Of a stretch of 64,000 nt of DNA, positions 55,835 to 64,000 are shown piece by piece. The DNA is from Eledone cirrhosa (Eukaryota), in contig OZ024741.1 of assembly GCA_964016885.1 (NCBI GenBank), positions 29,140,001 through 29,204,000 on the forward strand, written 5' to 3'. Within the stretch, counting starts at the first letter, position 1. Every line of letters begins with the position of its first letter. The notes below the pieces were generated by a model, which did not search any database, was not told the origin of the DNA, and worked only from the letters and a program-made list of their open reading frames with translations. The translations under genes were made by a program, and so were the position numbers.

Positions 55835-57720
55835 GTAAAAGGTAAACAGAAATAACAACACAATCAGTACAGTATATGGAAGGAATATATTAGGTTAATG
55901 CTTGATATAGCAGGAGGAGGGTCTTAACGTGTGTTGGATCTTGAATACTGTGTGTCCATACTGCAATTGATCAATACTTTCCAAGAACCATTTCTCGAGG
56001 CTGATATTTCTCATCAAAATACAACTGCCAAGCTTCTACAGATTTCCAAATTATTTCTCTGTTATAGGTTAATTATAGTATATTTCTCTGTTTCCAATTA
56101 GCACTTGATTGCCTTTCCTAGGAAAATTATTTTCTTAGAAGATTCACTAGCGATTTCATCTGTTTACCTGTTTACAATTTTTATGCATTATAACCATGCA
56201 TTCTACCGGTACACTTCAGACAAACCAATTCGTTCATATATTATCACTAGTTTCCAATGTTACACCCCCCCCACACACACATATGTTTATATGTATATAT
56301 ATGTATATATATATGTGTATGTGAATTAATGTTAAGCAGATGTTACATAATCGTATTCATTGCACAATACGTATTTCAGTGACACCAGTGTGGAGCTGTA
56401 ATGAAATCATTATAACAGCAACCGCCATTGATGTGATATCATCTAATGTTTACACGATTATGCGAAGGAGTTGATATATCGCCGGTAAAGGCTTCCATAT
56501 TTGTGAAAGTCCACTTGCTCTTGTAATGATCGCATAACAGCTCCACACTGGTGTTACTGAAATATGTATTATTCAGTAAATACGATTACGAAACTCCTGT
56601 ATTGACGTTAATTTATACTTAGAAACCCCGTCGCCTAAATTTTTCTATAAAAATCTTTTCTTTGCCAAAGTGTTTTACGTCTGATATTGACTGACAACAT
56701 TAGTAGAATGGGAAGACATTGAAATCCAGTAATGTTCGACCTTCATATTCTTCTATATGTTGGCTAAGTCCCCCTTAGCCAACATATAGAAGAATATGCA
56801 GGTCGAACATTACTGGATTTCAATTTGTATGGATTTCTTTTGTATGGACCTCTAATTTGTTGGCGGTGAACTGTCAATCTTTGTCGGAGATTTAGTCATG
56901 TTCGGCTAATGTAATGTTCATGGCAACCATTACACGTTTTAATTTATATCAAATTTTCTGAGTCGCATGAAAAGTCATTTTTAATTTTGAAAATCTGATG
57001 TTCTTTGAAGTGGAATTCGTGGCCATCTAATAGATACTCACACATCCCCCTGTCGGTTGCATCTTTTTACGTCAGGTTTTTTAATTCTGGTTTCCAGCTT
57101 TACATTTGTTGGTAACTTTTTTCGTGACTTAGGTTGTCGTTTACTTTTTATAATTGAGTATTTTTGTAAGAGGTTTTTCATTTGTTGTCCTTTAGTAGGA
57201 TATGTAGCTTTAGTTGTATGTATGTGTAGAATTCTTTGTTCTTTGGGTTAAAAGTTGAAATATATGGTATGGCATTTTTTCTGTTTTTGTTTTTGTTTCT
57301 TGTAGTACTTGGATATTGATTTCTTTTGCTCTTTGAATACTATTATTGATTAGATTCTGAGGGTATTTTCTCTTGACGAGAATATTCTCATCTCTTCTAG
57401 TCTGTGGTATCTTGTTGTTAGGTTTAAAAACTATTGTGTAGATTTATTTAGCTTAGTTAAGTAGGATATTGGTAAGAGTGTGTGTTGGATGAGATGAAAA
57501 AAGGAGATATTGTGGGGAGTCGATAGGTTTGAAATATATGTCAGTCTCTAGGCTTTTTCTTTTGTTTTACTATCAGTATGTCTAAGACGAGATGTTTTTC
57601 GTTGTTGAAATCCATAATGAATTGAATGTTAGATTTCTTATTATTGATGAGGGTTTGAAATTTCTTTAGTTCGTCAAGATTTTCCCTCCACAGATTAAAA
57701 CAGTCATCCGAGGATATTAT
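55835..57720 (-). mobile_element. Decayed 5'-truncated Penelope-like element (Neptune-like RT end + GIY-YIG + 3' region)
   Basis: DDCFNLW..LDELKKFQTLINN..IQF..LDILI, TDIYFKPIDSPQYLLFSSHP, KYPQNLI, FSCDSENLIY..TCNGCHEHY, RLTVHRQQI, LSQHIEE..FNVFPFY. Its terminal 95 bp recur inverted at 61571-61665. Confidence 0.75.
56322..56613. repeat. Imperfect inverted repeat (~95-bp arms)
   Basis: AATACGTATTTCAGTGACACCAGTGTGGAGCTGT versus ACAGCTCCACACTGGTGTTACTGAAATATGTATT, plus flanking matches. Confidence 0.75.
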
Positions 57721-58062
57721 GATAAATAAATAAATGACAGTTAAGTAATAAGATTGAATTAATTTTGCTGAGATCTGGCTTTGTGTTGAGATTACAAAAT
57801 CATGTGAAATAATTTCTTTTGATTCATAACAAAACCAATGGGCAACCAAAGGTAAATTGACCAATTCAGATATTAATTAATTTCAGTAAGACAGAATAAT
57901 TAATTTGAAGAATTAATTAGTCTTGGTATATAGTGTTGAATGAGAAATCAGATATAGAATATACTTAAGAACGAACATCAGTAGCTATTTGAGGAAAAAT
58001 GAATTGGTTCATCGACAGAGACAAGTGAATATTTAATCAACATTGTTATTGACAATGATTGT

Positions 58063-58585
58063 TTTTGGTGTCGTGGGTGGTGTTGTTATGTTTGTTTCCA
58101 GTACTGCTGCTACTGTTGTTACTTTTGGTGTCGTGGGTGTTGTTGTTATGATGATGTCACTGTTGTTATGATGATGGTATTGCTGTTATGATAATGTCAC
58201 TGTTATGTTTGTTTCCAGTACTGTTGCTACTGTCACTTTTGGTGTCGTGGGTGTTGTTGTTATGATGATGTCACTGTTGTTATGATGATGGTATTGCTGT
58301 TATGATAATGTCACTGTTATGTTTGTTTCCAGTACTGTTGCTACTGTCACTTTTGGTGTCGTGGGTGGTGTTGTTATGATGGTGTCACTGTTGTTATGTT
58401 TGTTTCCACTATAGTTGTTACTGTTGTTACTTTTGGTGTCGTGGGTGGTGTTGTTCTGATGATGTCACTGTTGTTATGTTTGTTTCCAGAACTGCTGCTA
58501 GTGTTGTTACTTTTGGTGTCGTGTGTTGTGTTGTTATGATGATGTCACTGTTATGTTTGTTTCCACTACTGTTGTTGCTTTTGCT
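58063..58585. repeat. Composite GT-rich minisatellite
   Basis: Recurring TTTTGGTGTCGTGGGTKGTGTTGTTATG, GATGTCACTGTTGTTATG and TTTGTTTCCAGTACTG modules, about 8 times. Confidence 0.9.
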
Positions 58586-59214
58586 CTTTAACCATATATC
58601 AGCTCTAATCGAGCAGCCCTGAGTTCGAAGCATTCCAGACAAGTCCATTCCATATTTACATTCATGATACATTTATTGTCGATTATCCCCCTTTTCTTAA
58701 CTGACTGTCGTGTGTGATTTGACGGAAATCTCGCTGATATATCTCGCTCGTTAGGATGCCACATAGAAGCTCTGTTGTTTGATCTTGCTGTTAGCATTAT
58801 GTTGCTGTTTGGATCCATAACCACCCGATCAAACAGTCTTATAATCAACAGTATGTCAGCCATGACTCTACCAGCGCATTTCTCTACATAATACATATTA
58901 GGCCACATAATCTGTCATTTTAAAAATATAACAATTTGTGATTTGAGGGAGATTTTGCTGCTGTTTCTAGCTAGTCGGCACCACATAGTTGTTTTAGCAT
59001 CAGATCAGCCTTAAGCTTTGATGGAAAACTACAGTACCAATACAAAATATTTGTTGAGAAATATGTATGAATATATTAATTAGACATTTGTATGGAGCAG
59101 AATATGTTTAGAAAATATGTCTAGACAGCTACTGTATGTTTTGGAGAATCTTCTGACAATGGTTAAGTGTACATTTATATTACGATTTCAGTGCAGAAGT
59201 AAATGATAAAGTAG

Positions 59215-59822
59215 AAAATCAAACTTTCCAGTTGTTGTCTTCCTGTTTCTTCTACAACAACTACAACGGTACGCGATGGGGCCCACGCACAGCCCCGGTG
59301 GACAGAATGGAGAAGGCGTTTCCCCGGAGGGCGGCAAGGGAGACACGCTGGAAAAGCCACTCCAACTCGTGGGGCTCACACCTGCGGCTGGCCAGCTCAG
59401 CGCCTATGGTGGTGAGTAAAGAGGTAACCCTGGGGCCGAGGACACCAGAAGTCTCCACTGCCAGGGGTACGACCGCAAACCTGTCGGAGAGTGACCGGTA
59501 TTTGAGGAGTTTGGCCCCCTCAGCCCGACGTGCAGCAGAACCTGGGTCAGTCGCAGACTGCACCAGGTTGCGGCTGCAGAAAGTGTCAGTGCAAGTGGTA
59601 TCCCAGACGAGGGGTTTGCCACCGCGGAACGGGAAGATGGTCATACCATCTGGCCTTTTGCCATCCCCTCGATCCAGCCCCACCGACTCGAGCTGGGAAG
59701 GGAAGCCTGCAGCGTCCAAGCCATGCTTAATGACCTCGTTGAGGGCAGCATGGCGTGGAATGCGGCCGGCACTGTGGCGACAGGAAAGCGGGTGGAGGCC
59801 GAAAGAGTCCACGGTGGAACCG
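59215..59822 (-). mobile_element. 5'-truncated CRE-like non-LTR element: end of zinc knuckle + restriction-like endonuclease, ORF open
   Basis: ORF 59261-59812: GLHPLSC..GRIPRHAALN..DGKRPDG..WDTT..AEGAKLLKY..PLAVETSG..FQRVSLAALRGNA (PD..D-type RLE). Confidence 0.85.
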
Positions 59823-59921
59823 TAGCGATATTGGTGTGGCTGGCATTAGTAGTATTAATATTAGTTGTACTAGTGTCAACACTAGTGGTTACATTAGTAT
59901 CAGTATATATGTTGTAGTTAT

Positions 59922-60135
59922 TTGGATTGGCAGTATCGGTAGAGGGTCGGGCAACATGTTTTACTGCATAGAGTTATTGCTCTTTACGTTCTAAGTTCAA
60001 ATGCCGCCGACGTTAACTTTTCCTTTCATCCTTATGGGTCGATAAAATAAAGCACCAGTAATGTACTGAGGTTGATTTAAAAGATTTTCCCCTCTTCAAA
60101 AATTGTTAGATTTGTGCCTAAATCAGAAACCATTA
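59922..60135 (+). mobile_element. tRNA-derived SINE with Meta-like domain
   Basis: Same consensus as the other copies. Confidence 0.8.
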
Positions 60136-60289
60136 TTATTATTATCTTTGTTGTTGAGTCTTTCGAGATGTGTACACATCGCTCCGTAAGTTTTGTTTGT
60201 TTTCAGTTGTTTGAAAGGTAATTTGTTGAAATATGTTTGTTACAAACTGTTATTAGGGCCCCATACATTGCCCTCTGAAAAGGTGACGA

Positions 60290-60570
60290 CATAATATTTG
60301 GACAAAAGGTCCAATTATTTGAATTTTATTTGCAAATTCTGTGAACCCCTGCAACACGGATCAATTTATTTTGTTTCCCTCTCACACAGCAAGAAGGACA
60401 CACAAGATGTGTTCCCCAGATCAAACGAGAGAAGATTGAAAAGATCGTAGACCTAATTCACCTTCCAGGTGGCGTGAAGTTAAGGGTCATCAGTAAGGGC
60501 AGAATACCTAACTGTCGTGTTTGCGAGAAATCTGGACATTTAAGAGCTTTTTGTTCGCAAAATAAGGCGG
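60290..60570 (+). pseudogene. Fragment of a Tx1/L1-type ORF1 with CCHC knuckle
   Basis: KIVDLIHLPGGVKLRVISKGRIPNCRVCEKSGHLRAFCSQ aligns by eye to QIPDRIWLDDLTPIYIIVEGRRPACYSCTERGHVKANCP of the 11-12 kb ORF1. Confidence 0.65.
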
Positions 60571-61444
60571 AGATCCACATAAGATCCAAATAAGGCGGAG
60601 ATGCCAACATAAGGACCTCAATTGCCACAACAACAACAATAATGAATAACAACAACCCCTGCAACAGAAACAACGCCAAGACTAATAACATGACCAAAAG
60701 CATCAATTGAACCACCACTACCACCACCACCACCACCACTATTACTACTACTACTGCTGCTGTTGCTGCTACTACTACTACTACTACTACTACTACCAAC
60801 AATGTAGGGTGAGTAGAGGTAATATGAGAGACGCTAGTAAAGAAGTAGTAGAGGTTGGTGTAGAGGGTGTTAGAAGATTTTCTAATTAATAACCGCCGAT
60901 GTCGATATATTTCGTCATAACTACTTCTAGCTAGACGCCTGCCTACTAGAATAATAATTACCACAGATATTGCTCCACATAGACACATTCATAAACAATA
61001 CGAACACACTTATTCATACATACCTATATATATGTATATATATACAAACATCCGCACACGCACACATCCACACACATAACTATATCTATGTATTTCTCTC
61101 TCTCTCATATACTGTATATACATATATATATATACATTTTAATACAACATTGACGAAGCTTTAGAATACGGCCAAGCTAACGTATATGCATAATCGGTTT
61201 GTAGCTTGAGCACTCGGATGAGGAAAGACCCCAGAGTAATAACATTACGTTCAGACAGCTTAGCAAATCAGATTTAGCGGTCGGCAGTCAGCCGCACTAC
61301 TAGAGCCACGAAAATACAGGACCCAGGAAAAAAAAAATATATATATATGAGGATGGATCGACTTTAGTCAAATGGAACCGAGGAAACAATGTTTCTGTCG
61401 GTCTTTCCAGTTGCTAATACTATCTATTGGTCGCAACTCTAGGT

Positions 61445-61564
61445 AGAAGGAGCAAAGTGAAATAAAGTGTCTTGCTCAAAGACATAACGCATGGCCCGGT
61501 CCAGAATTCGAACTCACAACCTCACAATTGTAAATCCAATTCTCTAACCACTCAGCCACATGCC
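61445..61564 (-). mobile_element. CORE-like tRNA SINE, 5' part
   Basis: Minus strand: GGCATGTGGCTGAGTGGTTAG, GAGTTCGAATTC, TGTCTTTGAGCAAGACACTTTATTTCAC. Confidence 0.8.
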
Positions 61565-61673
61565 ATATATAACGTTAAGACTCTCTTCCTGCTATATCAA
61601 GCGTTAACCTAATATATCCCTTCTATATACTGACCTATTGTGTTGTTATTTCTGTTTATCTTTTACACACACA

Positions 61674-61728
<55 letters not shown>

Positions 61729-61809
61729 GACGAATATTCCTGGCTTCTATTTCTAATTCTTCATTTATTATATATATCATATATGTAACAACACAGCTCG
61801 CCATTTTTC

Positions 61810-61882
<73 letters not shown>

Positions 61883-62114
61883 AAGAATGAAGAGTAACAT
61901 GGTTGGCTGTACAACAAGGGACTTTATTTCAGCGTGGTAATGAACATTTTTATTACTACGCTAAACATTCTTATTTAGTCCAGAAATAGCCGTCGAAACG
62001 GCTTGATCTCGGCCGCCTGGGTTAAACATTTTCCTATTATCCACTCTACTACCTTAAGTATTGAGTACTCTGGTGCCTTATGGTCCATCTGGTTCCTTAC
62101 CACACTTCCTTCGT

Positions 62115-62142
<28 letters not shown>

Positions 62143-62146
<4 letters not shown>

Positions 62147-64000
62147 AAACTGCTTATAGACGCTACTAATTCGTTTATACGGAGAGTCAGATGGAAGGCC
62201 TACCACCTGGATAAGAACACCCGTAACCTTCCTGAACCCAAAGAGAGGTATGGCTTCAAAACATACCGAAACCCACCGCACAACACCTTACTGGACTCCT
62301 TTGAAGAGGACCTGCTGAAAATGATCAAAAACGTTAAGCTCAGAAAGAAACACCAATGCAGCAATCCATTCTTAACGTCCCTTGATACACTAATAACTAA
62401 GATCAAGAATGACCCGCACCTCTTCGTCACCTCCGACAAAACCAAAAAGCTGTACAAGATGGACGCGAGTGAGTATAAAAAATTCATCTATAAGGAACTA
62501 CACAAAGACTACAAAAAGACACCCTCTAGTACCCTAAATGACATAAATAGAGTAGGGAAGGATATAGTCACCAGCTTAGAAATAGAAAAGTACACTAACC
62601 CGTACGTCCCTCTGACGCCTAAATTCTCTCTTAAGGATCACAAATATGACTTTAATGAAAGCCCCTCTATTAGACTAATATGCCCCTCTACATCAGATAT
62701 AGGTAAGATTAGTAAAGTGATCCTCGACAGAATACTACTCGAGCTTAATAGAAAGGCAAAGGTCTGCGTCTGGGGCAACACCGACCAGGTCAAATTGGTT
62801 CACCGAGTTGCCGGATAAAGCCACCCTGAAATTCATCCAGTTTGATATAGATAGCTACTACGCCTCTATCTCCCCCATACTCTTAAATAAGGCACTTATC
62901 TTAGCTAGATCTAACACTAGCCTCACTAAAAAAGAAATAGACATAATTCTAGCGGCACGTAGAACCATTATCCAGTTCGAAGGCTCCCACTGGACCAGAA
63001 CCAACCGTCCTGATAACTTCGATGTCACGATGGGATCCAGTGACTCAGCGCAAGCAACTGACCTGGTCGGGATATACCTCCTACATAAGCTTTGGGAAGA
63101 AATACCGGCCCTACAAGGAGGTGTATATAGGGACGACGCCCTGTTTACCGTTAGGAACCATAGCCCCCGTAGGATAGAGAACCTTAACAAACATATACAC
63201 CGGTTCTTTAAGTCATACGGCCTATCCGTAACTATGGACCTCAACCACAGGGTTGTCAACTTCCTGGACGTGACCCTGGAGTTGAGTACGGGCTTATACA
63301 AGCCATACCATAAGCCTGGAGAGTGCCTCTCTTATATTAATTATGCCTCCAACCACCCTAAGCAGACTCTCAACTCCATAGTCTATAGTATCTCACATAG
63401 AATCTCGAGGTTATCCGCCAATGAGGATATCTTCAACCAAGCGGCTGATTACTACAATAGGGCCCTGATAAGCGCCGGCTTTAACCGAGGAATTTCCTAC
63501 ATCCCTAACGCTAGCTCTAGAAACCACCCCCTAATAAAACTAACGTTATAGTAAGCCATACCTATAACCGATCACGCGGCGACCTCGTTGAAGTCGGATA
63601 TAATAGAATAGATAACCGCACCAAAGATCACGTCCCCGGCGACCGTGAACACTGTAGATTACTCAAACTATTCCCCTATTACAAAACCAACAAAGGCGAC
63701 GGCCTACTACCAACGCCTTCAAACCAACATCTTCGTGTACATAAACATGGAAGAGGTAGAAAGAGTGCACCCGAGCATAAAGTGAAAGGGGCACCGAACG
63801 GGCGACTGCGCATTAACACATATAAGAGCGGTCACTTAGATGGAACCACCCGTAGCAAAAGTACAAGGACACGTAATCGCCACCGTAACGTCCTATGGTT
63901 CCACCCCCCTACTCTCGGAGTGTGGCCTCCAACATACCCCGGATGTTCTTCGAAGCCTTAGAGAAGAACTTCCCACCCAACCATAGGTATAGAAAAATTC
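62143..64000 (+). mobile_element. Penelope-like element (Naiad-like), nearly complete N-terminus + RT, 2 frameshifts; runs off the window
   Basis: LKLLIDATNSFIRRVRWKAY, YGFKT, SDKT, LKDHK..IRLICP, FIQFDIDSYY, TMGS.DSAQ, YRDD, VNFLDVT, SNHP, RNVLWFHPP. Begins directly at a (TA)n. Confidence 0.92.

Noticed and set aside
58063-58585. Mucin-like Thr/Pro-rich exon on the minus strand
   Set aside because: Unit lengths shift frame and stops occur, so it is a simple minisatellite.
55835-61665. 5.8-kb DNA transposon bounded by 95-bp inverted repeats (55835-55930 / 61571-61665)
   Set aside because: The left copy is the 3' terminus of the Neptune-like PLE and the interior is a mix of unrelated elements. 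Two independent copies of one element end is more likely.

Overview
AT-rich animal genomic DNA made almost entirely of repeats, with no recognisable host exon. The SINE content and the dense (TA)n/(CA)n/(GA)n/(GATA)n microsatellites suggest a cephalopod such as Octopus, but that is inference. Contents: (1) a near full-length Tx1/L1-clade LINE (6868-12758, minus strand) plus a 5'-truncated sister copy, with every junction in (GATA)n; (2) many Penelope-like element (PLE) insertions in (TA)n, including Naiad-like RT/GIY-YIG copies, a Neptune-like copy, a ~7 kb fold-back insertion, non-autonomous derivatives and more than ten short 'hairpin + tail' modules; (3) about ten type I hammerhead ribozyme motifs, several with intact cores; (4) a decayed, internally inverted RTE LINE, two CRE-like 3' fragments, pogo/Tigger and Chapaev3-like transposase relics, MITEs, a Helitron-like 3' end, two tRNA-derived SINE families and several minisatellites. 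The most notable unexplained signals are a short RCTC-N(11-18)-GAGY stem-loop found just beyond the fold-back breakpoint of otherwise dissimilar PLE ends, and the apparent (GATA)n target specificity of the Tx1 family. All coordinates and family assignments were made by eye; no searches or folding programs were run.
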